From Phoronis australis (Eukaryota > Animalia > Phoronida), in NCBI GenBank assembly GCA_002633005.1, contig NMRA01000218.1, positions 391,113 to 455,112 on the forward strand: a stretch of DNA of 64,000 bases, read 5' to 3'. The position numbers and the translations under genes were made by a program. Every line of letters begins with the position of its first letter. The first letter of the stretch is position 1. Below are positions 27,098 to 42,000 of this stretch, piece by piece. The notes beneath the pieces are model-generated. The model saw only the letters and a program-made list of their open reading frames with translations. It did not search any database and was not told the DNA's origin.

Positions 27098-30000
27098 CTT
27101 AACCAAAAATGAAAGGTATTAAAGAATACTAAGGACCATCTTTCTCCTTAAGTTTGAAGGATGGGCATCAAAGTCACAGGTTCTTGAAATCTGGGACCCT
27201 GTAAGTGCCTGTTGCCCAAACTTCTGCTAACCTGTCACAAAACAGTCAGTGAAATTTCAATGTTTTTGTTTCACACAAGCAAATACAACATGTCTGCAGA
27301 TTCTGACACGGATAGTGTGATCTGTAGTATAAGCTCTGGCAAAAATAATTACCTTACCATGGAATTGTGGGTATTATGACACATGGTCATGCCTAAGAAA
27401 CTCAAAACGTTGATTTTCTAGATTTCAGCAATTAACCAAACATTTCAGGTTTTAATATTTGAAAGCATGTCCCATGACAACTAAAAGGAAGTAGACAACT
27501 TTAACTGTGCAAAAAATAAGTAAGATTTCAATCACCCAAATGTTTTAAACAGTTTTATTTAGTCTAGATTCACAGTGGAAATGACCAAAAGATCCATGGA
27601 TGTCTGAACCAAGTACATGAACCCAACTGATTCAACAAATGCAGACTTTTCCAACAACATTTAAGGACTCTTGCAGTGTATCATATTGCCAACAAAACCC
27701 TCAAGGGTGGACTATGGACTACAACACTATCTGTGTCAATAGTTAAGTGGTTGAAGGGTCGGCCATGTTGGAGCATGACTTTCCTAAACAATCCGGCCAA
27801 ATCCACCAGGGCTTACAAACTGCCATATTGACAAGATCCAGTAAGACAGCAAACATTTAGCACTGGAAGATGTTACCAGATTCGTCAGAAGCATAAAAAA
27901 TCAGTTTAGAAAAGGCTTTTATACAAAAAAATTCACCCACAAATAGTTTTTTTCTTATAATAAAAAATTCAGCATGAATCAACGAGGTTATCTTGGCTTG
28001 GCATTCTTCCGCACATGATGACCAAATATGTAAGAAAATAACAAACTACAATTATGAACAGAACTTTTTCACAAGTACGAAACTTCGACTTGGAATTTTT
28101 TTTCTGGCAGAATGAATGCATGGGTGGTTAGTCTGAGCAATGAGTGATTTTGTTCTCGGTGCATTTCAATAATTACAGTGACATAAGTCAACCTTGTTTT
28201 TTCCGATTTTGCTCTCATGAGAATCTGTAATTATGTGAGACACTAGCAGAGCATTACAAAACGTGGATCATCATTTTAAGGAATATTCAAGCTGCCAACT
28301 ATTCATTACACAAATGTGTCCATGTATTAAGAGTGCAACCAGTTACCACATTGTCTGGTTATTTTATAAAATGCCCCAAGCGTCCAGCTTCAGCTGCATG
28401 GACAGTATTGGAATGAGCCCGTGGTTACAAAAACCAATTTCACATTGAGCACATTTTGAAACATATGTATGTACTTTGTACTCTCATATTTTTACATTAT
28501 AATTAAACCTTACGGCCCTAAAATCTACACAAGGGGGATACATAATGACTTAGAATTTAATCTAGTATTAAAATATCCAATGGCAAATTCAAACAAACAG
28601 ACAAATAAAAGTACACTGTCTGTATTGCTGATGCAAGACAACAACGCCATCTTGTGAAAACCAAGCTAGACTGAAAGCAATATGATCAGTTCAGACTTCA
28701 GAATTGAAAATGAGTGCATTGGGGCTTTAAAACAGCTGTGCATCTGTGTTCTCTGTTAAAAAACAACCACTGACCTACACGAACGACCCTTTAATTGTAT
28801 CAAATTGGTGTCAACACGATCTTTTTCTCAGAAGTGATGTCTGGTCTCAGTAGGTGGAACAGAAAGTTAATAACATCATGATGGATCTGCTGAGACTCAA
28901 GTTGTCAAGGGAGTTTGACACAGTTAGTCAAAATTAATAAAAAACAGACATGGTTTCAAACATTTGAGTAGACATTTCACTTCAAACAACAGATTATTTA
29001 GTTTGAAAATGTTGATTTGGTGTTAAGTTGGGGCTTGATAGTAGCACAAGTTATCACATTTTATAATGACGTCAAACTAAACAATAGGCAAACTCGAGTA
29101 CAGCCAATAAGTATGGCTTAATTCAAATGGAGTTACAGAAGAAACATCACATCTTAGACTCTTCCCATAAACTATGCTTATGTGCAAATTAAGCGAGGCA
29201 AGAAATTACCACAAAGTGGCCTTGTGTGAAAGAGGTGAGGAACAAAATATGTTTTTCAAATAAATTTGGGTTTGCGAAATGAGCTGAGTGCACTGAATAA
29301 GTGGGAAATTACTGTATCTCTCACAAAAAACAAATGCCTCTGGAATAGCTCATTTTACCTCTTCGGCAGAATTGTCACCAGAGGTCTCTTCAAAAACTTG
29401 CTGAACACCATCCCTATTAGTTGACTGCTCTTCAATTCCTGTGGTAACGAATTTTGATTGGTCGGCATATCCAGGAGTCTGTGACAACTGGAGCATTGTG
29501 TTGACCACACTTTGTTGGTCACCAGTAACCTACAAAGAATGACATGCCCATAAATTCATCAGCAAAATACACTAAAGGGATGAGCACCAAGACCAAATAA
29601 AATGTTCAATTGTGAGTCTGTAAGTTCTTCTTTACAGACAGGTGACATGTCTACAGTCAGATGATAGAAGACCAGTACCATGTGGAGTTTATTGATTTCA
29701 GAACTCCACCTATCTCTATTAATCAACTGAAGGAAATTAACAATTTTTGCCAAAACTATTTTGCAATTTCTAGCTCAGAATTTTTATGGTTTCATGATCA
29801 TTCAATAAAAACCTTATCTGATAGCATAAGAAAGATAACCAGCTGCTTGAAAACAGCTGTCAAGAGTCTCCATGGTCTATGATATGATGGTAACGAATAT
29901 TTCGTCATCCCATACAGTCATATGAAACAATTTATACTGCTGTCAAGTAACCTTTCATATCAGTCATGCACGCTTATTTCAGTAACTATGTAATTTATAT

Positions 30001-33000
30001 GAAGCTGGTGCATTCGCCATGCCAGCCTACATTAGTGACATCTTTTGGCTATAGCTCATTAGCTTGTAACAAGCCTGCATCCCACTAAACATGATCAATC
30101 ACAAAAACAAGAACATGACAGTAACAGTAAAACTCCATAAGTTAGATCCAACAAGACCAAGACATTTCACATTAAGAGTAAAATTCTGCTCATCTGAAGG
30201 GCTGAGTGCATAACACTTTTGGCCCACTTTATGCATCCTGTAAGCCGGTAGAGTTCAATGGACACAACCTGATCATTTTCAGGTCAAAGAGTATTCAAGA
30301 GTACCTGCGTCACATAAATGTCAGCTTACTGTTTTTTGTAATTGTTTCTTCTGTAAGCAATTTTACCATCCATATGGAAATTTGTGTGTGACGGAAGTAC
30401 TGAAAAGTAAGACACGAAGCACTGTGTTGACAACTGAACTACCACAAGACTGTATTTTAGTCTTCATTGGACAGGTGTGTCTTAACTGTGTCATGACCAA
30501 TGAGTCAGGAGTTAAGTCATTGAGGACATTCAATAATTGTTGTGCTGGTTGTAACAAAAAGTTGAAACACAGTGCTGTTGATCAGTGAGAGTCAAGAGAT
30601 TAGTGACAAGCGCTTTCAAGTAGAACCCTCCAGCAGTAATGGGTTTTGTCCAGTGTTCTTACAGGCACAGCTTCCATAGTGAGTCAGTGATGCGTTTAAT
30701 TAGCTGACAAGCCAGGGTGAAAATAACTTTCCAATGAATAGCGCAATGGTTGGGTTTTTGTTGACAAAATGACCAATTTTGAAAAATCAAAAACTCTTTA
30801 ACATTACGGCGTTTTCCCGTTGATCCCAACTTGTTCGATTCTATAGCCCAACAACAAATTGGAAAGATGACCCCTGTAGCCAATATCTTACATGACTGAT
30901 TAACTCCATTCTGCCATTTATGGTACAACTGACAATCTATTCTTTCCGAAAGTACCGATTTTTTCTGGGTTTGACTGTGTTCACAAGTCGTCTGTAATAA
31001 TCCTGGTAGATAATTGGTCTGCTTGTTGTCATACCAGACAAAAGACTGTGCTTGGCAGTTAACAAAGGAGCTAGATGTTATGACAAGCTGACAACCCTCT
31101 GTCTGGTAACATCACTGAATGGGAAAACGCCGTCATGAGTATATAGTCCAATTTTTACTCTTATATTCAGATTTTTTGGGTTCAATTGTTTTCATGACCC
31201 CAAAAGATAATGGAAAAACAGTTGCTTTCAAACTTCGTCCTAGACCTTTTCGCAATGCCTCCCACCAAAGACTTAGCAGGTGCTCGTGGACTGTCGCTGC
31301 TGTTAACGCAACCATGGGTCTCATCGGCGAACACATGATCGCGCAAAATGCTGCTTGGCTGCCAGTACAAGAACTTGGTGAGGAACAGAACGTCATCATT
31401 GCTTTCAACAGGGAAGCTCGGGAATGGCCTCCTGGAGTAGCCCAAGCATTGTGCCGTCAGCAATGGCGTGATCTTGGCGGTATTAATGCCATCATTGTAG
31501 CAACTGATGGATCCTTCGACGGTGAAACTAATCGTGCGGGATGGGGTTATCAAATACGCTGTGCTAACAACGTCATTGCAGAAGGTAGTGGCTGCCACCA
31601 TGTATACACAAGCAGTACGCGGATGGAGTTTGAGGCTATACAACGTGCCATAACCAAGCTGTCACTCCTAGACCTGGGGAATCACACCATTATCTTTGCC
31701 ACCGATTCCATGGCAGTGTTGATGAACGCTCAATCTGGAAACCTCCCAGCCAACTGGGGTGTCTTCCGATCAAGCCACCCTCATCATGTAGTGATCTGGT
31801 CTTTCAAACCTGGCCACGCCAGTGTCTTGATTAATGAGCGTGCAGATTACCTCGCTGGTTCTTGCACCACCTACCAACCCCTCTACTTATATTCGGCTGA
31901 CGTTAAGCTGCTGGCCCGCAAATGCAACCTCGAGGAGACTGCATCCCAACTGGCTGAGTTCAATGATGGCAGCCAACTGCTCGAAGCCGGTATTATTTAT
32001 GGCCATGCTGTGAAGAGTCACAAGAAGAGCCGTGCCCGAGTGCTGTCAAATCAAATGCTTGCAGGCAACGTCAGCCCTGGAGTTCTGCGCCTTCTGCTGT
32101 CACGGGGATGGTCTGGGGAGGGGAATAATGCACCAGCATATCCCCAATGATCCTGTCCATGACAGGTATTACAGGTATTGCTTTCAAACCTTATAGTTAG
32201 ATGTGATCTGATAAGAAACCACAATTACCCTCACTATGTGAGTCACTCTTTTGGTTATTAGCCCCCTAGTGGGAATGGAATGTGGATAGAACAGGTTGGG
32301 CTGACCAATGAGCTATAGCTCATTGGGCTGACACAGAACAATGAAAAATTTCAAAATATTTCTCCAAATGGAGCCTCATCTCATTTAAAGGAAATGTTTA
32401 CAACATGAAAAACATGGACACAAGTTGAACGAACAATGTGAATTTCTGATCAATAATTCCCACATTTTCTCGTAGTTGTGCGGAAATTTGACAGTCAGAA
32501 CTTAAAGGTACAGCATTATTAAAGAATTAAAAGATCACTAGGGACAGACTCTAAGTACGTGCTAACCTTGTCAGCCTGCATGAGCTGGTATACCTGCCCA
32601 GGTTTCTGCAGTTCTAGACTAATCTTCTTCTGTAGTTCCAAAGCTTTCTCACCAACGTGTACAGGAGCTTGTGTCAAAGCATCACGCAATGTTACAATGT
32701 GGCTACCCCCTGTAAAAATGGATAAATAGACGCTGTCATTTTCAAAATGTTGCTTTCACTAATGTTCGGATATTATCACAAACAGGAGGACGTGACGTAG
32801 CCAACAGCAACAAGTATGCAGACATGCTTGCGAAAGTGAAACTTAAGTAAGGTCACCTAAAATAATGCAGAAAAATCAGGAACCCCAACTGGGAATCGAT
32901 CCACAGGTCTCTAGAATGCCGGTCTAGTGCTCTCACCACTGAGCTACTGAGGAGCCGATATCTGTGCAATTACTGTTTACAGCCAACTGTTAAGTCATAC

Positions 33001-36000
33001 ATCCCATGAGCGGCATTTCGCCTTTTTCACACGGGATTTGCACTAGGCCGGCAATCTAGAGACCTAGATTCCCAGTTGGGGTTCCTAATTTTTCTGTGTT
33101 TATTTGAAAAATTTCATTATTGGCCAACCTCAGCTACATCCAATGTTTTTCCCGTGGGAAAATGAGAAGAGTCAGTGTGGTCAAATCTTAAGTTGTCACA
33201 ACCACAACCAACACAACTCCTCACCAGTCTTTATTATACAATAAAGAATAATAAATAGAAGAAACAAGCGGCAAGATCTGACAACTTTTCACACAAAACA
33301 CAACAGAGGATTGTCATTGGTGGTCAAGATTCTACGAAGTATTAATCAACCAATAAACGTTGGTAATGGTCTGCTATAATGTGCCCAAATTTTGAGACAG
33401 TTTTCCCCACTAAATAACGGGCATCAAACTGGTTCTCAAAATGCGGGCACGTTATATCAGACTATTGCCTAAATGTTAATAACTTGAGACGAGCTAATTA
33501 AGATATCGCCAGATAGTGTTTGAAGGTTTTCTAATTTCGCAGCTAATCAGCTGATGGGGTTGTGTTTGGTGTTTTTTTCATAATAATGGATTTGGTGGTT
33601 TAAAGCACTTTAAGTATTCACCTTTAAACCAGATACACTGTAAGTCATGGAGTAATAAAATGAATACAGGCAAAGCAAAAAGACCAAGTAATTTGCAGAA
33701 GTGGCTCAAATTATGTCAAAGAAACTAATTTTTTTATTTCCACCAATATTATTGTCAAAAACGTATTCCTCACTCAGGGGTGTTTTGGTCTTAAAAAGAA
33801 CTCTAAGTTCTCATAGTGCTCAACGAATAAAGTGAAACGCAGTGATGACTAATCAAATTGTACAGATATATCTTAAGGAATTACAGGCCATCTTAATTCT
33901 TTCTGTCTTCGAATAACAAACAATTTGAGACCAACTTCTATGGTAAGTGGTCGTTCAATCTAAATTGATTTTTATCATGAAAGGCTCGTTTATAGATCCT
34001 GTGCCTCGTATCAAAAACCAAGCATCGATTTAGGAGTGAGTGGTATCAAATCAGACTCATTTTCTACATTATTCAGAATATCATTAGTCCACAGGCATAG
34101 AAACATGTGCGATATGTTTATGGTATTGGTGCATCTAAAAACTGCTGTGAACATGGGGTCTCAAAAAGGATGGGCCTGTAGCAAATACTACTTCTGCTAT
34201 GTTGTTAATCTGACACTGGTACAAATGGTTTCATTGCCTCACAAGCTCTATTTAGTTTTCTTATAGCCGGTCAGTGGAATACACAGTATGACCATCAGGG
34301 AATAGTCAAGGCAATGCATTTATCTTCAATTCAAAAAAAGGATAAGAACCCCGATTGCCTTGCTTTGGAAGAGCAAATATGTCACTAGAGGCAAAGTTTC
34401 AACACTAGGTTATCAATTTATAAACCGCTTTCAAGTTCCAACTGGTACTTTTCAGTGGCCACCAATTCATAACTACAGTGTCTGAAGTACACAGCACTCG
34501 TCTTTAGACAGGAATTGAAAATTTTAAATCCACCAAAGGCATCCACAAGCCCAGTAAATTATATTACACTGTCCTGGTGACCGAGAGAGTGGTCACCTTT
34601 GGTTGTATTTGACAAAAATTACTATGTGCAATTGATTGCAAAAGTAGCAAGCTGGATTCACAGACAGGATTAACTGTTACACGCACATTGAAACAAGATT
34701 ATTTCGCAGAGCACACTGAGGTGCCAGATGTCCATCATTCACATTATGGCAGCAGCTTTTATCACAAACACAGCACTTGCCTTTAAACGTAAACTGAAGG
34801 GCATTGCCACCTTTGGCAAATCTCACATCATCTCCGAGACTGGTGTGTTTCCTATATAGATGAGCCTTGAGCTGACCCGCACGTTTGAAGTTATCTTCAC
34901 ATAACTGACACGAGTATGGTTTGACACCTACATGCTCCTTCATGTGGCGCCGCCTACTGGAGGGGTCGCTAAATCGAGCTCCACATGTATCACATGTGTA
35001 TGGCTTCTCACCTGTGCAGGATGCAGAGGAGGCAAAGGAGTTAATCATCGGTGACATGCGGTCATGTTCTCACTTGACCAACAACAAATACTTTTCGGTT
35101 TAAAATTGAGACAATTTTCAAATGATTTCAGATAAAAAAGACCAGACTTCCATCTCTGACAAGCAGAATTTGCACTGCATTAGAGTAAATTTGTCATTGA
35201 ATCATTGAATCAATCTGGGTGCACCATGGCATGAAACAACTGATCATTTTGCCGTTGATCGCAACCTACATGTATGCTTGCATGTATGATATTACACTTC
35301 ACTTCAATAAGTGATTTATCAAGACTGTAAAAGTCACAACTAAAGCTGCTATTCCCAGCTCCACACAAAAGGGAGTTAGATCGGTGTTCACGATAAGGTG
35401 AATTGACAACCCCAGCAGCTAGTGTACAAATCTATTAACCAAGTACAAGATGGCATGAGTACTAACAGGCTGAGTTTCCCCAGGAGGTGTTTCATACATC
35501 AGCGCATGGGAAATATTGTGACTTTCAAAATGAAGAATGATATTGAAGTTTGGACACGCGCAAATATGAAACACCTTCAAAGGTTTGAGGCTTCAAAAAT
35601 ACAGAGTTCCAGATGCAATGGACTGCAACTTCGCTTCAAAAACGCTAACAATTTTGCGATTAACATTTAAAAACGCGAACATTCATATTCTTAAAAAATT
35701 ATGCCCTAAAATGTATGCCTAATGTTGGTAAATCCGTAACAGTTTGTAGCCCGAGACTGGCCATTCATTACCTGTTGTTTCTGCTGTACGCAGAATTAAG
35801 CATTCTGATGAGGAAAACAGTACTTCATCTATTGTGGCATTTACACTTCTACAAGAGACACTTACGAGTATGAACTGTCTTATGACGTACAAGATCTGAT
35901 CCATGAGCGAAGGCCTTGTTACAAATAGTGCAGACGAATGGCTTTTCACCTGACAACAAAGAAGTGCGGTTAGACACATTACAGACTGGCACAAAATAAA

Positions 36001-39000
36001 AAAACAACAAGAATAATGCAGCAAAGTGGTGACAAGTTCACGCCATAACGTACATGTACATTTCACAAATCTGAGTTGTGTAACAACAAAAAATGTCGCC
36101 CAATTGAAGTTTGACTACAAACTTCTTCACCTACATGTAATTTCGAAAAAATATCCAAGACCTTTCATCAAAAAAGCGACAGACATGCTTCGTCAAAAAT
36201 GAAAATTCTCAACTGAGGAGCAACAGTATTGCCAGTCTGTCCAAAAAGAATCTGGTGCTGGTGCATCCTGGTTTCATAACACGGTACCGCTGTCAAACAT
36301 TTTTCGAGAAATTTGATCGACAAGCAAAAGTAACAAATTGACGGGCATTGAATTTCTCATCAAAAAGTTAAAAAACAGGGGATCCACGGCAGACAAACTC
36401 ATCTGAAAATTGGCTGGTGAATTTCCCCAATGTCACATAGTAAGCTGGGTCAGCTGGACTGGTTCTAATCACATTTCACTCTTAAAAGGGGGCCTGTTAT
36501 CAACAGAGTGACTCACTAGGCCACATAGTGAGGGTACAGTTTTTTACCACATTATATCTAAATAAAAGGATTGAAAGCATTCATTTTCTTTTTTTGTATA
36601 TGGACACCAATGGAAACTAAAAATCTGAATGGAGGAGTAAAAACTAGACTACCTAAGTATGTGGGTTCTTGAATTTTCAAAACTGGCCAAGAAACAGCGA
36701 TTTTGTCAACAAAAACCCAACTGTATCACTAATTCACAATAGAAACTGTGCCTGATAGAAGGTGCATAAAAACTGTCCTGGTCTAATGTTCTTCATTAAA
36801 GGGAAATATCAATGTTTCAGTTACTAGGTGCATAAAAGTCCTTTAATTCTAACGTCGGCGCATCAATGTTTTGGGGACTTGTGGTTGGTGTGAACAGTTA
36901 GCTTAGGTCCTGGATAAAAGCTAATGGCACTAATTATTATAATCTCCATCGATATAAATTGAAAAATTACCTGTATGCACTTTCTGGTGAGATTTCAGGT
37001 AGGACTGCTGTGAGAACATCCTGCCACAAGTGTCACATGAGAAGGGTGTGTCTGACGAATGAGTCACCAGATGTTTAGTTAGTGCGCTCAGCTGGCGGAA
37101 TTTCTTCCCGCATACTCCACACGGGTGAGGTCGGAGGTTCTGGTGGATCAGCAAGTGTTCCTTCAGTGACACGCTCGTCGCCAACTTCTGGTTACACTCT
37201 GGGCACTCGTACATTTTGATGCCTGATAATGCGGTGAGAGAAAGACTATCAGAGTTGTGAAACACTTCATGATCTCCAATCACATCATGCTCTTGTTTTC
37301 CATATTACTCATATATATATTATTCATTTTCCACAAGTTTATATATTTTACATAAATAATTTGAGTTTACTGATGCAGTAGGGTATGCACAGCAAATTGA
37401 TTAGTGTTTACATTTTCAAATTCCAAGTCAGACTTTTCCATGGATGAGAATAATTGATGTCATTTGCAGGTTTTCCATTGTAAACAAGTAAGAGGGGACC
37501 TGCGAGTGTTTTTGGTATAGTCACAGGACTTGATATATGGTCAGACATGGTAAACAAATAAGAGGGAACCAGTGAGTATTTTTGGTACAGTCACAGGACT
37601 TGATATATGGTCAGACATGGTAAACAAGTAAGAGGGAACCAGTGAGTGTTTTTGGTAGCCAAAGGACTTGATATCTGGTCCGACATTTCATACCTTAGCC
37701 CTAGGCACAGATCAAGGTACACTGTACGTGCCAGAAGCATTTCTATCTATGTGCCACAGTGACAATATTTTTCAATATCTTGAGTGTGTGTATTGAATGT
37801 CTTTCACTTTTTAAATTAATAGCTGATGTAAATTCCCTAACAGAAATTTAACAATAAACAAAATAACTCCCATACATTCTGGTGTATAGTACAAGATACC
37901 ATCACCACAAAAAGCTTCTGGCAGATTAGGGAAAACCCAGAAATGTCAAAAAACAGTTCATTTATGAAAATTTATAGCATGAGAAAACACTGGATAGAGC
38001 AAGTTGAATAGTTGACATAGCACCTGAGTGTAGAATTTGAACACATTGCTGAAACTTTGCCTTCATGACTGGCTGCAGTGGGGCCCAAGTCTAGTAGAAC
38101 TGGGACAGTCGTTTTACAGCCAGTCTTTTGACACAGCCGGCTCCTTTAAATGGGCGACTGTGTTCTGGATTTTACATATAGTATTGTCTTGTGTTACCAC
38201 ATGTGGGTTTTGATTTAGTTGATGCATTCCATTATACATGTCTAAAATGATAGCCAACACTCCAGTGATTGGTAAAAAGGGATAGAAAGACACAAAATCC
38301 TGGTTACCACCCAAAATGTGGCCTTTGCGCTAGTGAACAGGCTTTGAGCACCCGCAAAGTTCTACCAAGCAAAATGTCCAGCCTAGTGGACTTTGCAATG
38401 AGGTGTTTCGTGCAATGGGCCCCAACCACGTGGCCTACCCACGTCTGATGCACCACAAGACACCAAACCGCCTGCACTCTTCTATAATTTTAAATGGGTA
38501 GCTTTCTTGCTGACTTTGAGCATGTGAACGGCATTTGAACTCTGGAAAATATTTACTATTAAAAATGCACAGCATTGTGGATAATGAATGCGTTAATGGC
38601 GTTTGAAGTCAGAACACGCTCTATGAACTAAAAGGACTCTGGGTTTGTGGATCTTGAATATCTGAATGGGATTTGAGCTGTGAAATTATACAGCTCTAAC
38701 CTCTAAAATGTTAAGATTTGTGGACCTTGAGCAGGTGAACGGCATTTCAGATGAGAAACTACAGCCGCTATACCTACCAAAGTGTCCAGCTTTGTGGACC
38801 TTTAACATATTGTTGCTCCTGTATGCCTTAGTACAGCCAGCGATGTCACACTTGTATGGTCTCTCATTGCTATGAATCAACATGTGCGCTTTCAAATTTC
38901 CTGGAGTGAAGGACAAACTCAATCTAGTTTTCTGTGACTACATAGTAGACTAGTTTTCAATATTACAGTGTTTTCATGAAGATTGACTGCACTAGGAACA

Positions 39001-42000
39001 ATGGAACACTTTCAGTCAGAACGTGCAGCAAAGTCCCGCAAGTGAGATCGCCGTGTTCTGTGTCTGTAGTCATTTTTTGTGAATAATTAGAATATAGTTT
39101 AGCAAAAATTCAACAAAAATGGTGTGTAAGACACAAATCCGCAGTGGCAGTAGACTTAAAGACGTGATTGGTTTACAAAGTTAACTCTCCATTTCCAGTA
39201 AAGTACTGCACACCTCCTTGTGTTTGGTTAGATGTACTTCTGTATCTTTAATTGTTGACAACAAATTTTGAAGTGACATTTTTATGCGTGTAATCAACTA
39301 AATAGGAAAGAAAAGTTAGGAGTCACAGGTGCTGTCCTTACTTCTTTGGACAGGAGAAAATATTCGTGTTACTAATTTTTAAAGCATCATCAAAAAAGTT
39401 CATTACAGAAAATGGCCACAGCATTCGCGCAGACAGCAACACTTCAAATATAGTAACTTGGAGATCCTGATCTCAAGCAATGATGGCCGTCACTTTTTGT
39501 CAAGTCCAGAAATAACTTCTAATTTGAGTGGGGAAAAATATTGAGACCATGACTGTAAGTGGTCTGAATAAAAAGTTTACTTTTTGACATAATTTCACTA
39601 ACAACACATTGTATTCTCACGATTTGCCTTAACCTAATTGTCATTCTGTGATGTATAAGGAGGTAACAACATAGCTGGAAACTATGGAAACGAACAGTTC
39701 CAAAAAGCTACCTTTCTGACTAAACTTCTTTTTACACACTTCACAAGGATAAATCTTATCCAACAAAATCCCACTAGACTTCGATGGACGACCCCTTTTC
39801 AAGTTCTGACACCCTGCTGGTTTCAGTTTTGGTGCTCGAGAATGTGGTGTACCGGAAACTGTAGAGGGTGCAACATCACCTAACGATGATTGCTGTGTGA
39901 TATCTTGGCCATGATCAAAGATTTTGCGCGGACGTCCTGCAACAATGATAAGTTAAAATGTAAAACAGCACTGGCTTATCAAAAAGAATGACATGCAGAA
40001 AGTAAATTATGTCACTGTGATTGAAATCAAATGCGAAGACAAAGTTCAACTGGGTTCTCAGCAAAAGTTATTTCACAATTTTTGTATCCTGAGTTATGCA
40101 TCAACACAACTCTTATGTCAAGCTTGAAAAATATCACATGTATGGACTGCAAAATCAAATGATAATCAATTGACCAACAAAATCATTCTTGCAAGCCATT
40201 TCATTGTAGTTTTTATGTGGAATTTCTCGTTCATACGGATGACGTTTTAGTACTTGCGTATGACTGTAGTTCTTGCAGACCATTCAGTGGTTCTGGGTTA
40301 TGATTCAGAGTTCTTAGTGCATAGGTTTACCTACTGTGATTGTAAAATCATCATTTGGCTCCAGTGCCCAATTGTATGAGTGCCCTCTTGGAAAGCAGTG
40401 CTGTCACTGAAGACGCCACCCTCATTTTAAACATTACGATAAATAAATACATGAAACAGACCCGACCTGCTAACAAAAGGGTTTTTTAAGTTGCGCATCG
40501 GTCTTGCATTGTCACACATGTACCTGACTTTGCACTGATACAAGAAAATAAAGGTCAACAGTTGCACTTCACCTCTTTTCCCAGTTTTTATCAGTTTTTT
40601 GGCTTCTTCTTCAGGATCATAGTCTTCATCTGAATTGTCCTCACATTCATATCGGTCGGGGTCTCGATAATCCCTATTACGATTATAATCAAATTAATTA
40701 AAGCCATCTGTGGTAAGCCTGAAAGTTATGCAGCAGCACAGACTAGTCAATATAAACAACACAACATGAAAATCGGAAACCAGCAATTGGCACATGGTGA
40801 CCATAAGGTATACAGCCACCTCAGGATAAACACATTTTTGGGCAATAAAAATGATTTGATATTATATAAATATGCAGATGAAACAATTTCTAAAATATCT
40901 GAAAGCAATCACCAAGAATATTTTTAAAAACTTGCAAATGTGTAAACTTTGCTTTGAAAAAATGAACTTACATATTAAATTGCATGATATGATATATTGT
41001 TAACCTTGAAAACAAAGCGGGACTGAGAAATATCCGATAAGCCAGGGACAATACAATCAAGGTGCTGAGATTACAATGAAGAGACTGAAGCTAAAAATAA
41101 CTATTCCAAATTATAGTAAAAATGGCCCCCAGGTGACAGGATACATTGAATCTGTCGGAAATGTGGGAAAATAAAATTGCCACTAGAGGGCACAGGTGTA
41201 GTCTGGTTGGTGTGAAATTCGAGGTTATTTATTACCATCCCTTAGGAACATATCAGCTAACTTTTACAAAGATCCTCCAAAGAGCTAAGAAGCTGCAGCC
41301 ATGGGTTGGAAAAGAGACAAAACTTCCACAACAAATCACCAGAAAATCAATGTCAGCAGTAGTCTTCTTATCAGGAACACATCTGAAAATTTTCATAATG
41401 ATCCTTTGTGCAGTGTGGAAGATAGAGAGTCTGGCGTCAAAAAATTAGGCAATGGCCAAAATTTTCTTGAAGTGCCCCAGGTGATGCAGAATACATCAAA
41501 TCTGTCCAAAAACAGGAACAAAGTGTTGTCTCTTTATTAAAAACCTAATACTAAATATCACGAAGATCGGTCAAGAAACTCTAAAGCTACAGACTGAGGC
41601 AAACATAAACAATTAAAGTTGACACCAGGTGGCAGAGAAGTTGCAGATCGGTCCAGAACTCATCAGTGTCTGTTGACAGCTTTATAGGAACACATCCATT
41701 TTATATCTCATTATGATTGTACAGGGGGTTTGGGAAATACAACTGTGGACAGATGACGCGCAGACACTGAGGCCAGAAATAAAAGGAGATATAAAAATAC
41801 CCAGTGACCTGTGAAGACAGACCATTCAGAACTCCGCTCAGCAAAAACTTGATTGTCTCTTCCTTGACTTTGAAAATGTGGTCACAACTGTTAAATTTAA
41901 GGGCTGGGACTGGAGACGCCCACTTTCATTTTAGTACAAACTATCAAGTAATTAAATGTTCTTTCTCAAGATATCGCAACAACATTTCTCCTTAAGTCAA

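Noticed and set aside
30300-30590. Possible additional ZF-gene exon
   Set aside because: The phase-0 reading hits a stop or yields no coherent product; exons 32567 and 29529 join directly
37481-37686. CRISPR-like 70-bp periodicity
   Set aside because: The whole unit is repeated, with no variable spacer; simple intronic minisatellite
38439-38541. Extra ZF-gene exon (EFKCRSH...)
   Set aside because: Exons 38778 and 37222 already join into a proper HFGIKMYEC linker; this segment has no finger pattern
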